DNA from: Candidatus Bathyarchaeota archaeon
Lineage (GTDB): Archaea; Thermoproteota; Bathyarchaeia; Bathyarchaeales; Bathycorpusculaceae
Assembly: GCA_963827165.1 (NCBI GenBank)
Contig: CAWGZR010000003.1
Location: 160,001-224,000, forward strand
DNA: 64,000 nucleotides
Reading direction: 5' to 3'
Every line of letters begins with the position of its first letter. Position 1 is the stretch's first letter. Positions 30,051-40,690 of the stretch are shown one piece after another. The notes under the pieces are model-generated. The model saw only the letters and a program-made list of their open reading frames with translations, was not told where the DNA came from and searched no databases. A program made the translations under genes and the position numbers.

Positions 30051-31121
30051 TTGGCAAACGTGTTGGGACTCGACATTGGCGGCGCTAACACCAAAGCTGC
30101 GCTGCTGCGGACGAAAAAGGGCAAGCTGCAAGAAACAAAGTTGGAAGTCGTGTATTTTCCAGTTTGGAAGAACCCTGAAGGACTTGCTGAGGTCCTCTTA
30201 ACGCTGAGACACCGGTTGGTTGCCAACACTCTTGATGGTTTAGGTCTTACAATGACCGCCGAGCTGTCCGACGCTTACCAAACCAAGCGCGAAGGAGTAC
30301 GCAGGATTTTAATCAACGTAAAAAAATCGTTCCCGGACACACCTATTCAAGTTTTGAATAGCGACACCGAATTGGAATCCACTTCAGATGCAGAGCAGGA
30401 TCCGCTTGGGGTGGCTGCTGCTAACTGGGCTGCGACGGGTTGGTTAGTAGCCCAGCGAGTTGAGACTTGCGTGGTCCTTGACGTCGGAAGCACAAGCGCT
30501 AGTATAATCCCGGTTTCATCAGGTAGGGTGGCTCCTTTGGGCAAAACGGATTTGGACAAGCTCATATGCGGTGAATTGGTTTACACGGGAAGTTTAAGGA
30601 CGAATGTTGCAGCGATTGTCCAGTCGGTTCCAGTTAGGGGTGAAATGGCTGGGGTCGCGTCTGAATTGTTCGCGTTATCCGCTGATGTTCACCTCATCTT
30701 GGGAAACATCACCGAGGAGCAGTATACATGCGAGACAGCCGATGGAAGAGGCAAAACCAAGTCGGAATCGTTAGCACGCCTTGCCAGATTGGTCTGCGCA
30801 GACACGGAAATGTTGACTGAGAAGGAAATCACCCAAATTGCAAAGTATATCTACGGTAAGCAGGTTGCACAAGTAGCTGAAGGCTTAGCCAAAGTCTGTT
30901 CACACCTGCAAATGAAGACAACCAAAGATGTTCCCGTCGTAGTCACGGGTCTCGGGAAAGATTTTGTTGCTCGAAAAGCCGCTGAAAAAATCGGCGCAAA
31001 GACCGTTATCGATTTGGGAACGCTGATGCCGCTTAATGTTTCGATAGCCACGCCCGCTTTTGCCGTCGCCTTGATGACAGCCAATAAACTTGAAGGAGAA
31101 AAAATCAGTTGGATACAGTAG
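30051..31121 (+). CDS. mfnF: Methanofuran biosynthesis protein, hydantoinase-A-like
   Basis: GLDIGGANTK, TMTAELSD, AAANW, DVGSTS, ELVYTG, TADGRGK. Confidence 0.85.
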   Translation: MANVLGLDIGGANTKAALLRTKKGKLQETKLEVVYFPVWKNPEGLAEVLLTLRHRLVANTLDGLGLTMTAELSDAYQTKREGVRRILINVKKSFPDTPIQVLNSDTELESTSDAEQDPLGVAAANWAATGWLVAQRVETCVVLDVGSTSASIIPVSSGRVAPLGKTDLDKLICGELVYTGSLRTNVAAIVQSVPVRGEMAGVASELFALSADVHLILGNITEEQYTCETADGRGKTKSESLARLARLVCADTEMLTEKEITQIAKYIYGKQVAQVAEGLAKVCSHLQMKTTKDVPVVVTGLGKDFVARKAAEKIGAKTVIDLGTLMPLNVSIATPAFAVALMTANKLEGEKISWIQ

Positions 31122-31786
31122 TTGTTAAGGTAGGTGGCAGTCTTGCATTGTTTCCTGATAAATTGAGAAGTCTCTGCATAAAACTGGTTGAGTTGTCACG
31201 CTGTTACAGTTTGGTCGTGGTGCCCGGCGGCGGGGAATTTGCCGATATCGTCCGCAATCTGGATATGCGACTTCATTTGTCACGCAAAGCTACCCATCGC
31301 ATGGCCATTTTGGCGATGGATCAGTACGGTTTACTTCTAGCTGATTTGATGCCCGATTCAATTCCCGTTGATAATCTTGAAAATGTGCAAGGCGTCTTGG
31401 ATTCAGGCAGGTTGTCAGTTTTTTTGCCTGCGGCAGCCTTATCTTTTGAAGATGAGCTTGAGAGCTCGTGGGACGTAACTTCTGACTCCATCGCTATCTA
31501 CATCGCAGAAAAATTGCATGCGCCCAAGGTCATTTTAGTGACTGACGTAGACGGCATCTACACCTGCGACCCCAAAAAGTTTTCCGATGCCAAATTGATC
31601 AGTCAGTTGTCTGCCAGTCGACTTTTAGAAATGGACCAGCGAACAAGCGTTGACAAATTCTTGCCTAAACTGCTTTTGCAGTTGAAAATCGACTGCTTCG
31701 TCGTCAACGGACTCCATCCACAACGCGTCGAAGCGATAATAAAAGAGAAAGAGACGGTCAGCACCCTAATAACTCGCAGTCCATAG
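31109..31786 (+). CDS. mfnE: Amino-acid-kinase-family aminomethylfuran-phosphate kinase
   Basis: VKVGGSL, VPGGGEFAD, SWDVTSDSIA, TDVDGIY, plus operon context. Confidence 0.82.
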   Translation: MDTVVVKVGGSLALFPDKLRSLCIKLVELSRCYSLVVVPGGGEFADIVRNLDMRLHLSRKATHRMAILAMDQYGLLLADLMPDSIPVDNLENVQGVLDSGRLSVFLPAAALSFEDELESSWDVTSDSIAIYIAEKLHAPKVILVTDVDGIYTCDPKKFSDAKLISQLSASRLLEMDQRTSVDKFLPKLLLQLKIDCFVVNGLHPQRVEAIIKEKETVSTLITRSP

Positions 31787-31887
31787 AAATCAAAGTTACT
31801 TTCATCAAATCACAACTACTTGCATCGCCGAAACAACGGAAATAAGCAAAATAAAAAAAATAAAAAAAGAAAATTGGAAGCTATCGT

Positions 31888-32052
31888 TTAGATCTTTTTC
31901 TTATCGATGACTTCTCGGAAGGTTTTGTCGCAGCATTTGTAAAGTGCAATAGTGAGTTGTGTGCGTTTCCCTTTCTTGTCAGGTTTGCCGGCCATCTTCC
32001 AAGTTTTTGTTGCATTTTTAACTTCTTTTCCACAGGTTGGGCATTTTGCCAT
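31888..32052 (-). CDS. 54-aa Cren7-like zinc-ribbon protein (below ORF-track cutoff)
   Basis: MAKCPTCGKEVKNATKTWKMAGKPDKKGKRTQLTIALYKCCDKTFREVIDKKKI*, an intact 165-nt frame followed by a T-rich terminator on the minus strand. Confidence 0.75.
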   Translation of the reverse strand: MAKCPTCGKEVKNATKTWKMAGKPDKKGKRTQLTIALYKCCDKTFREVIDKKKI

Positions 32053-32305
32053 GATTATCCCTATTCTTTGATGTTACATCTCAATCAGCATAAAACACTT
32101 GCGGTCAATACACGCAAAAATACACAAAAAGGCATCTTTTGTCATTAAAAATATGGAGAATGTAATCGTTTTAGTTGAAAAAACGGGGCTAACTCGGTAC
32201 GTTGCGGGGCGCGAAAAAGTCACATTTGGCCAAATCAAAGCTTGAAAACAAAAAATACCCAACAAAATATTAATTTAAAACCAAAGTTCAATATTCAGGA
32301 GAAGA

Positions 32306-32899
32306 ATGAAAATCGTCGGTCTAGATTTGGCAGGCGTCGAACACAGACCCACCGGTTACTGCCTGCTTACAGGGAGGCAAGCGGAAACCTCTCTATTGTA
32401 TAAAGACGCTGAAATCTTGACAAAAATCGGCGAGGTTCAACCAGCCGTGGTGGCAATCGATGCGCCTTTAAGTTTGCCGCCTGGCAGAAAATCTATTGAA
32501 GAACGAACAGGGAATCACCTTAGAGAATGCGACAGGGAGCTCCTGAAAAGAGGTATAAAATTTTTTCCAGTTACATTGGGTCCGATGAGAAAACTCACTC
32601 AGCGCGGAATAAACCCGAGGCAGATACTAGACGGGAAAGGATTTGCAGCAAATAGAAGTTTACCCAGGCGGCGCTCAAGACGTTTTGGGAATACCTCGAA
32701 AACAAAGAGGCCTCGCCAAGCTGAGGCTGGTTTGGGGAAGTTAGGCATAAAGGATCTGAAAAACCAATTAAGCGACCATGAACTTGACACTGTAACGTGC
32801 GCCTATGTGGGTAAACTTTTTCTCGAAGATAAAGCCGTGACGTACGGAGCGCCAAACCAAGGAATAGTTATGCCGAACGGAGAAAAAGCCTCCAAATAA
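32306..32899 (+). CDS. DUF429 (RNase H-like) protein with two compensating frameshifts
   Basis: GLDLAG..TG, AIDAPL, RECDREL. The conserved IEVYPGGAQDVL lies in another frame between ~32652 and ~32725. Confidence 0.8.
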   Translation: MKIVGLDLAGVEHRPTGYCLLTGRQAETSLLYKDAEILTKIGEVQPAVVAIDAPLSLPPGRKSIEERTGNHLRECDRELLKRGIKFFPVTLGPMRKLTQRGINPRQILDGKGFAANRSLPRRRSRRFGNTSKTKRPRQAEAGLGKLGIKDLKNQLSDHELDTVTCAYVGKLFLEDKAVTYGAPNQGIVMPNGEKASK

Positions 32900-32930
32900 C
32901 CATGCGTTTCTCAACGACGAATAAAAAGAA

Positions 32931-35900
32931 TTAGATGGATTCTTGCGCCTTGCTTTTGATGTTTTCCATCTGTTTATCGACCTTTTTCTTCCGTGTGAAT
33001 CCAGCTGGCCACCAATTGAATTTTTGAGCTAACCCCATTAGGGAAGGCACGAAGAACAGGATGACAACTGTTACATCTATGAGGATAGCGGCGGCGACTG
33101 CTAGAGCGATTTCTTCGAGGACAGCGATGTTGGTGACCACCAGAGAGAGGAAGACAGTTGCGAGGACGAGACCTAAGCCGAGGATTGTTACCCAGACTTT
33201 GTCGATGGCTTCTACGATTGCTTCGTTATCTGTTTTTCCGTTGAGAACTTCCTCTCTTATACGCGTTATGAAGAATATGTCGTAATCTATTCCAACCCCA
33301 AGCATTGTCACCACAACAAAGAGCGGCGCGAAGTCAAGGATTGGTAGGTTTAGCATGTAGTAAAAGACGAAGGAAACGATAGCTAAAGAGAAAACGACGC
33401 TACAGAGAATCGTAACTATCAAACGAATTGGAGTAAAAGCGGATTTTAGTTGGAAGAATAGAATCAAGTAGACTGCAGCTGCAAGGATGACTACGACTTC
33501 AGGAATCAAGTTTGCCATGAATGTTTGGCTGTCATATGTTGACTGAGTTTCACCGCCATAGTAAATCTTCAACCCCGGCATAAGAGAGAGTTTGCTGATG
33601 TTATCCTCGACGCCTTTGAGCGAATTGATCGCGGCGGGGCTAGATCCTGAATCTGCCAAGTTAACAGTGATCAAGGCGGTTTTATTGTCTTTGCCGATGG
33701 TTGAGAACATTTGGCTTTCGTACTGCTGCTGAATTGGCACAGACATGTTATCGATCGAAGCGTAGTTGAAAGCATCACCGTATGGTCTTGTTGTGCCCGA
33801 GGCTGATTCGACGCCTTTGGAATCTGCAGCGGAGGCCGTGATGGCATCTATTTGGTTAAGTAGCGTCTGGTTAAACTGGTTCTCTCCGTAAGTTATCGGC
33901 GTAGCCGTCATGACGACGATTGATGTCGGCCCCAAGGTTCCGCTTCCAAAATCGTTGGCTAAAGCTGTCAATCCCTGGTTGCTTGGGAAGTTCGGAATCA
34001 GCTTCAGGAACTCCTCGTTCGTCGGAGTATTGTACACTACCATAAAAGCGCTAAACGCGATGATACTGATAATTATGACGACAGGCACTTTCCGCTTAAG
34101 CGTATTATGAGCCAAACGCTTAAGCACGTTTTTGTTTTGATCAGACTTTGCGTTGATTTTTCCCTGCAGCCCTGGCCAGAAGATCTTGTCGCCTAACGCA
34201 ATTTCCAAAGCAGGAAGCAACGTCAAAGATGCCACTAGCAAGATTGCGACTCCGAGAGCTATTGCTGTTCCAACATCGCTGAAAATGGGAACGTTTGCAA
34301 CCGCCATTACGATGTAGGCTACGATGACGGTTATGCCTGCTGTTAACACGGCTTGGCCCGCCCATTTGATGGAGATTCCTACGCTCTCTTCGATTGTTTT
34401 TCCTTTCAGCCGTTCTTCTCTTGTGCGTCTAAGCTGTAAAACCGAGTAGTCAACAGCTAAACCCAGCATCAGAAGTATAGTCAAGGTTGGCGTGAGGAAC
34501 GTGAGGTTTCCATGGCCAATTTTTACGAATCCCTCGTAAATTGAGGCTAGCGCGACCGATATCGAAACTCCGCCTAGAAGTACGGGGATGAGAGCAGCCA
34601 TTGGTGCCAGAAAGAGCAGACCGACTATCAAGAGTGAGATCGCTATTCCGGGACCTATGGTGACTTCTAACGCGGGTATGAATGCTTTCGCGACATCAGA
34701 CGTCAAAACTGCACCGCCCGTAACAAACACGGTTCCGTAACTCTGAAGCCCTGAGTTTCGCACGGCAGTCTTCACATGGGCAATAGTGTTGTCATCTGGA
34801 TTGGACCCGAAACTGAAGATTATCATCATGGTGTTGTTTTGTGAGTTAACAAAGTTGTGTGTCAACGCCGAGGTCAGCGTGAATGGGTAATCTATGTAGG
34901 GTTGGGTTGAAACTTCATTGTTAATTGCTTGGTTGATGTCGTTGGCTGTTGCGTTTGGCGAGAGTGATTCGATAAGGCTGGTGAATGAGGCGGAGTTTAC
35001 GGAGAATAGAGGTGAATTGGCCATGGCACTTTGGGTTGCGTTTGATGTTAATTCGCAGGCCAGCTTCCATGTCTGCGCGTTGGTCGGTAATGAGCCCAGG
35101 TCGTAGGCGGAGTGCATTAAGTCAGAAACTGAAAAGCCAGCTTCTGCGGTTGTCATGTTGCTGTAGTTTTTTTCTATGAGGGTAATAGAGTAATCTTCAA
35201 TGGTCGAGTTTGAAGGCGATCGTCCGAAACTGTACAATTCATTCACGACGCTTGATGGAGAAGCGCCAAGTGAGGATGCAAGATTCGCCGGAATACTATA
35301 AACCATACTTGTAATTGTCAAGTTCTCAAGCGCAGCAACTTGGTTCCAATTTGTCGAAGTTAAATCAGAAGACACAAGGCCAATCATCTGGCCCGTTTGG
35401 GTATTAATCTGAGGGCTACTTAAGAATCCGGCGACTGCTTGGCCTACAGCGTAGGCTTCCCTACCAGACACAGAGGCGCTCGCTGGAAGAGTCAAGAAGC
35501 TGGAGTTCCAAGCGCTGAAGAATGCGGTGTAATACCCGATTGATTGGGCGTTGCCTCCAAAATTGCTTGTCACACTAAAAGTTGTAGCGTTAGCTTGCGC
35601 GTTGGCGTCAAACGGGTTAGTGTCACCATATCCGCCCAGCTGCTGAGATACGCCCTGCCAAACACTAACAAATGCCGCGGGAACGCCCCACACCAGTTGC
35701 GCTGTTTGATTGATTCCATCCTGCATTTGAAACAGGTTTTGGCAAAGCAACGACAGATTTCCAGTCAATGAATACAACCCTTGGTTGATCAGGACTATAT
35801 TTGGTTGAAGGGCGGCTGTCTGATTAATTATCGTCGGGAGGGAGCCGTTGAGAACGTCGGCTTCACTTGAATAGAGAGTCTGTTCACCAGTGAAGTTGCC

Positions 35901-36230
35901 CACGTTTGAATCATCGGAGAGAGTTTGGTTCATTGCAAGAACAACCTGCTTTAAAGCATCCGAATACACTGAAGCATTTTGCACAAGAACAATAATGCTA
36001 GAGTCGCTACTGTTGCCGTCGGGAAATTCCGCTTGAATTATGTTGGCGGCTTTAGATGACATCGTGTTTGAGGGTGCTCCGAATCCGCCCGTGAGGTCGT
36101 AGGACACTGAAGAGAAGAAGCTGGGGATAAGAAAGAGCGAAAGTACAACTGCAATTACCCAAGCAACAATAACGAACCTGTAACGTCTTCGAATAAAATG
36201 ATTCAATGAATCAAAAAATGACCTTGCCAT
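32931..36230 (-). CDS. MMPL family (RND) transporter
   Basis: 1099 aa with two TM bundles carrying GLAVDY and GVGIDYDIF motifs and a large extracellular loop. Confidence 0.92.
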   Translation of the reverse strand: MARSFFDSLNHFIRRRYRFVIVAWVIAVVLSLFLIPSFFSSVSYDLTGGFGAPSNTMSSKAANIIQAEFPDGNSSDSSIIVLVQNASVYSDALKQVVLAMNQTLSDDSNVGNFTGEQTLYSSEADVLNGSLPTIINQTAALQPNIVLINQGLYSLTGNLSLLCQNLFQMQDGINQTAQLVWGVPAAFVSVWQGVSQQLGGYGDTNPFDANAQANATTFSVTSNFGGNAQSIGYYTAFFSAWNSSFLTLPASASVSGREAYAVGQAVAGFLSSPQINTQTGQMIGLVSSDLTSTNWNQVAALENLTITSMVYSIPANLASSLGASPSSVVNELYSFGRSPSNSTIEDYSITLIEKNYSNMTTAEAGFSVSDLMHSAYDLGSLPTNAQTWKLACELTSNATQSAMANSPLFSVNSASFTSLIESLSPNATANDINQAINNEVSTQPYIDYPFTLTSALTHNFVNSQNNTMMIIFSFGSNPDDNTIAHVKTAVRNSGLQSYGTVFVTGGAVLTSDVAKAFIPALEVTIGPGIAISLLIVGLLFLAPMAALIPVLLGGVSISVALASIYEGFVKIGHGNLTFLTPTLTILLMLGLAVDYSVLQLRRTREERLKGKTIEESVGISIKWAGQAVLTAGITVIVAYIVMAVANVPIFSDVGTAIALGVAILLVASLTLLPALEIALGDKIFWPGLQGKINAKSDQNKNVLKRLAHNTLKRKVPVVIIISIIAFSAFMVVYNTPTNEEFLKLIPNFPSNQGLTALANDFGSGTLGPTSIVVMTATPITYGENQFNQTLLNQIDAITASAADSKGVESASGTTRPYGDAFNYASIDNMSVPIQQQYESQMFSTIGKDNKTALITVNLADSGSSPAAINSLKGVEDNISKLSLMPGLKIYYGGETQSTYDSQTFMANLIPEVVVILAAAVYLILFFQLKSAFTPIRLIVTILCSVVFSLAIVSFVFYYMLNLPILDFAPLFVVVTMLGVGIDYDIFFITRIREEVLNGKTDNEAIVEAIDKVWVTILGLGLVLATVFLSLVVTNIAVLEEIALAVAAAILIDVTVVILFFVPSLMGLAQKFNWWPAGFTRKKKVDKQMENIKSKAQESI

Positions 36231-36888
36231 CTAATCAGCCCAGTTAACCTAACCGTCCAGAGTTACATCTCAAACGTTATCATAGCATTTGCCTTTTGCA
36301 GCCTCTCCCTTAAGGATTTCCCACAATCTTTCCGCAAACCAACGAAAGGTTACGCGACTTCAAACGCTTTAACCTAGCCCAGCCAAAGTTAAATTGAAGA
36401 AAGGCCTTATGATAAAAAATTGCTATTGCCTTTTCACTTTGAAATATCTTGATAAAAGGTCAATTTTGGCGAAAATTGCGGATAAGATCACGATGATCCA
36501 CTTGTTGGTTGAAGAAAAAGATAAAGCAAAATCGTCCATGTCGACAAAGTTGCGTTTCGTGTGGACTCGGGACACCGCTTACGGAAGTGACCGAAGGGTG
36601 TTATCGTTCCCTCGGCGGCGGCCGAAATCGTAGGTTTATGCAGCAGATTTGGCAACCTTAAACGTGGGTTCAAAATTAAGATCTTTCTTTTAATGTCCGA
36701 TATTGAACGGGCATGCCTCGGCTTTACTCATCTAGAACCAGATACTTCAGCGTCAACGATCTGGACGCCAATTTCCTATTCAAGAAACAACGATAAATTC
36801 GGTGAAATTGTCTGCTAAAACAATACGATGAACTCGTGGATTGCAGAAGAAAAAAATGTTGGAATTAGCCAAAAAAAGAACGGTTAGC

Positions 36889-37443
36889 TCACTTTAGCCA
36901 TTTGGTGATCTCTGACTTGTTTCGTTTTCCTGCGCCCTGCTTTGTTTTTGGGTGTCCTATTATGAATGGCACCATCATTTGGAGGTTGTCCGGAACCCCT
37001 ATTTTCTTTAGCACTTCTGGCTTGGAATTAAGCAAGTTAACGAATCCCATATAGCATGTTCCAAGCCCCAGCTCGTACGCTTTCAAAAACATGTTCTGTG
37101 CGGCAAGCACACAATCGAGCAGGTTGAGGTTTTCCCATTGTTTGTCTTTTTCTGCGCATACCAGTATCAACATGGGCGTGTCGTAGCAGATAACGTCCTG
37201 TTCGGTGTTGTACTGTTTAGCGAGCGGCGGCATGTTTTGTCTAACTAAAACTTTCGTTTCGTCAGACACAAGCTTGATTGCCTTCTTGTCCTCGACGATT
37301 ATGAATTTCCAAGGTTGCCTATTCATTCCTGAAGGTGCCCAGGTGCCCGCTTCCAAAACAGCCTGGACCTGTTCCTTTGAAACTGATTCTTCAGTAAAAC
37401 TCCTAACACTTCTTCTACCCTTAATACAAACATCAAGTTCCAA
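36889..37443 (-). CDS. Nitroreductase family protein
   Basis: RRSVRSF, APSGMNRQPWKF, AAQNMFL..LGLGTC. Confidence 0.93.
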   Translation of the reverse strand: MELDVCIKGRRSVRSFTEESVSKEQVQAVLEAGTWAPSGMNRQPWKFIIVEDKKAIKLVSDETKVLVRQNMPPLAKQYNTEQDVICYDTPMLILVCAEKDKQWENLNLLDCVLAAQNMFLKAYELGLGTCYMGFVNLLNSKPEVLKKIGVPDNLQMMVPFIIGHPKTKQGAGKRNKSEITKWLK

Positions 37444-37509
37444 AACAAAACCCCAAAGAAACAAATGAGAATCCAAATATAAACTTGACAGCAACGCTAA
37501 ATGAGATTT

Positions 37510-37586
37510 TGGTGCCGAGGGCAGGGTTTGAACCTGCGACGACTCGGTCTTCAGCCGAGCGCTCTCCCAGGCTGAGCTACCTCGGC
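37510..37586 (-). tRNA. tRNA-Phe (GAA), CCA encoded
   Basis: GCCGAGGTAGCTCAGCCTGGGAGAGCGCTCGG-CTGAAGA-CCGAGTCGTCGCAGGTTCAAACCCTGCCCTCGGCACCA cloverleaf. Confidence 0.97.
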
Positions 37587-37799
37587 ACCGTGCTTTGGGA
37601 GTGACACATCCAAGAATGAAAATAGGTGTTTTAAATGTTTCTGAATTTGATTTTGTATGTACACTTGGATTTTAGAGTCCCATTTCGTCGATCTTTTTCA
37701 AAAGAACAAATTATTTATAAATAAAGAAAAGTATAGTGAGACAAAAGTAACGGGTGCGTTTTCTTGCTGCGTTGGACACTTGCCGGTTTAATTCCGTTG

Positions 37800-38675
37800 A
37801 TGATGTCACAAAAATATTCAAGCTCTGCGAATGAATTTTACCAATCTCAGAAAGCAGATTTTGATAGAATCTTGAAAACCAAAAGTTATTTTTTGCTTCG
37901 AGATTTACCTACAAAACTTTCGTCTCAAATTCTCCTTCCTGAAATTCCAAACATTTTGTTGAAACAAAAAAATGACGGCTGCTGGAATAATTCGATGAGA
38001 GTGACTTTTGATATTTTGTCGGCGCTAAAACACATCAGCGCCCTTAATGATTTGGATTCAAACGGAAAAATGATAAATTTGAGAGAAGAAATAACCGATC
38101 GGCACGACTACGATTCTTTACTTTTGAAATTGAAGATATTCGGGCAGACGAATAGCGACGATATTAATGAAATAAGCAAGCTTATCAAACAAACACGAGA
38201 CATGCAAAATTCAAATGGTTCCTGGGAAGGAACAATCATTTCAACCGTTTATCATCTCGAGAAATTAGTAAATTTAGAAGTGCCAGGTCACGATAAATCT
38301 GTCACAAAAGCAACTGACTTTCTAATTAATCAACTAAACGCAAACTGGAAAAGACTGCAAAACTTCCGTGAAGCAACCGGATTAAAAAATCAAAATGATT
38401 TCTCGAGGCAAAATCGCATTCTGGATTTTGAGGCTGCAAGAAAATATAAAAAAGAATTTGATCCCAAGTCAGTATGCTATACGAGGTTAGGCATTATTCA
38501 GAACTCTTTGAGTTTAAAACTTCTAATACAGTTGGGGCTTGAAAAAGACGATAACGTGAAATCCGCACTCGACAGCACCTATTCCGTCTATATGAGATAC
38601 AATAGCCTTTGTTACTTTAGAATAAGGAAAAGAATTTCCGCTGGCAAAAGAAAACACTCGCCAAAAGTCCCGTAG
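37800..38675 (+). CDS. Hypothetical protein with QxxDGxW (prenyltransferase/terpene-cyclase-like) repeats
   Basis: KQKNDGCW and MQNSNGSW. AT-rich ORF next to the tRNA. Confidence 0.55.
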   Translation: MMSQKYSSSANEFYQSQKADFDRILKTKSYFLLRDLPTKLSSQILLPEIPNILLKQKNDGCWNNSMRVTFDILSALKHISALNDLDSNGKMINLREEITDRHDYDSLLLKLKIFGQTNSDDINEISKLIKQTRDMQNSNGSWEGTIISTVYHLEKLVNLEVPGHDKSVTKATDFLINQLNANWKRLQNFREATGLKNQNDFSRQNRILDFEAARKYKKEFDPKSVCYTRLGIIQNSLSLKLLIQLGLEKDDNVKSALDSTYSVYMRYNSLCYFRIRKRISAGKRKHSPKVP

Positions 38676-38768
38676 GCGTGGTTTTTGACAATTGCGTATA
38701 CGCGCATGTTTTCCTTCCTTGCAGGGGCTATTCGAGTTTGACTTTGCTTGCGTGGAGAATCACGGTTT

Positions 38769-39136
38769 CTATTTCTTCCATTTTCTTGCCTTTAACTTTA
38801 AGGAGGCTGCAAGTGAAAAAGCAAAGAAGGCTATGACCACGGTTAACGCTATTTCTTGGACCGAAAGGTCCGGCGTCCTCGTTGCAGTCAGCTGTTTGGT
38901 AGGCGTGGCAGTTGGGTTGGCTGAGTTGGTTACTAAATTTTGGGTTTGCGGAGTGGAGCTTACGAAAGGTGTAGATGTCGGGAGGGAGTTGGCGTTGCGG
39001 TTACTTGAGGCGGCGTCTACGAAATGAAGCCTGCGAAATGCATGAGGAAGTAACCTACAAGGCTGCTGGTTAGGAAACACGCGAAAATCAGGGTTCCTTC
39101 ATGGCGATCAATGAAATCATCCATCTTGTTCTGCAT
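38769..39136 (-). CDS. Small membrane protein with Ser/Thr linker, frameshifted near 39020
   Basis: MQNKMDDF..TM, then a shift into an STP-rich linker + TM + basic tail. Confidence 0.45.
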
Positions 39137-39225
39137 TTTTTTTGCACCTGCTTTCTATGTTACATTTGGAGGGGAAAGGTTTTATGAAGGGGAAATCTGT
39201 AGTTTGAATTCAGCAAGCAAATTTC

Positions 39226-39302
39226 GGGCCGTTAGTCTAGCTGGCTAGGACGTCGCCCTCACGCGGCGAAGATCACCGGTTCAAATCCGGTACGGCCCAC
39301 CA
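39226..39302 (+). tRNA. tRNA-Val (CAC), CCA encoded
   Basis: GGGCCGTTAGTCTAGCTGGCTAGGACGTCGCC-CTCACGC-GGCGAAGATCACCGGTTCAAATCCGGTACGGCCCACCA. Confidence 0.96.
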
Positions 39303-39339
39303 ATCTACTGTTTATTCGAATAAAAAAACTCGAACTCAT

Positions 39340-39609
39340 CTAATAAGGAACCGATGTTTTTCTTAGCTTTGTTTTGAACATGTGGTAGATTGGTTTCCCG
39401 CCGATGAGTAAAGCTGCCACTAGAGATATCACTCCAGCGCCATAATACACAAGCGTTATCAGGAAAATGGCAAAAAGAAATGAAACGTGGAAGGCGTAGG
39501 TTAGGAATAAGCCTACAGTTGGATAAATGAAGAGCTCATCTGGTGTTGGAAGGAAAATATACAAGGAAATCGCCAGCAGAAACGTTGACAATGCAACTTT
39601 TCTAAGCAT
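39340..39609 (-). CDS. Small membrane hypothetical protein
   Basis: 89 aa, strongly hydrophobic. Confidence 0.6.
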   Translation of the reverse strand: MLRKVALSTFLLAISLYIFLPTPDELFIYPTVGLFLTYAFHVSFLFAIFLITLVYYGAGVISLVAALLIGGKPIYHMFKTKLRKTSVPY

Positions 39610-39745
39610 GTTACGCTATATTAGAGGCTGCATAGATAATAAAATTTGTTGCAACCCCTTACTCGCCAGAACAAACATGCTTTGCCTGAAAGTCTACGCT
39701 TAAAACCTTATTACCTTGAAAAAGAATTACATTTAATGTGATTTT

Positions 39746-40033
39746 ATGCATCGAAAACGTGTTTTCACAATCGCCGCCGTATTTCTAATCATAGCGGTAG
39801 TTGTTCCTCCCGTCATCGTTATTTTATCGGCGAACAACTCAATATATAAATATATAATTCCAGGAACCAACCCTACGCAAGGGTCACCCACCATGTCAAT
39901 TACACTGACCAATCAGGAACGCACTAACTTCCAGAACGCAGTCATCATCGCAGCCGTAATCGAGGTTATATTTCTAGCTTCGTTCATCACTTCGATTTAC
40001 TATGGCATAAACCACACACATCCAAAACATTAG
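39746..40033 (+). CDS. Two-TM hypothetical protein
   Basis: 95 aa with two hydrophobic helices. Confidence 0.6.
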   Translation: MHRKRVFTIAAVFLIIAVVVPPVIVILSANNSIYKYIIPGTNPTQGSPTMSITLTNQERTNFQNAVIIAAVIEVIFLASFITSIYYGINHTHPKH

Positions 40034-40355
40034 ACAAAAAGACTCTTTCAACATGATGCCCAACCAAAGTGTCACTGGCGTTGCGGGAGAAAACAGTAAT
40101 GTCAACATCTACTGCTTCGTCACCGATATTTAGCCTTCGTAGGAAACTTGGAATCCCCAACTTAAATCTGCCAAAAAAGAGAACTTTCAAGAAAAATATT
40201 ATGAAATCTAAGGCATGATGAAGCTTCTAGGTTACTTCATCTTTCAGAAAACCGTCTTTTTTTCCAGTGTTGTAGCAACGCAACCACAAATTTTTAAAAG
40301 CGGTTTGCAGACAATGACTTTAGTAAAGACCTACTGTTTTTGGGAGGTGCAATTT

Positions 40356-40556
40356 ATGCCTGAAACATCAATTAACATAACCGAGAAACTACAGAAGATC
40401 GGTCAAACAGCCAACGATTACAAAGACGCCATAGTCAACCAATTCAAGGATATGGAAGTCGAAGTAAGAGACTGGAATTTCGCCGTTGGAAAAAGCGACA
40501 AAGAATACACAGTCGAGGTTAATCTCAAACTCGGAATCAAATCCAAAAAACCTTAA
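40356..40556 (+). CDS. Small hypothetical protein
   Basis: GGAGGTG RBS before ATG 40356. 66 aa. Confidence 0.7.
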   Translation: MPETSINITEKLQKIGQTANDYKDAIVNQFKDMEVEVRDWNFAVGKSDKEYTVEVNLKLGIKSKKP

Positions 40557-40690
40557 GCAAGACACCTTGCCTAAGCAAAACCCCCTTTCTTTAAGATCTT
40601 TGACCTTAGTTCTACATCTTGGCTGATTCCTAACCAAAACAGATAAAAACTTCCCTTTGCATCCTCAACGCTACTGTAGAGGAAACGCGT

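Noticed and set aside
36394-36820. Short ORFs between the MMPL and nitroreductase genes
   Set aside because: No recognisable motif in any frame. Possibly decayed coding DNA, but unsupported.
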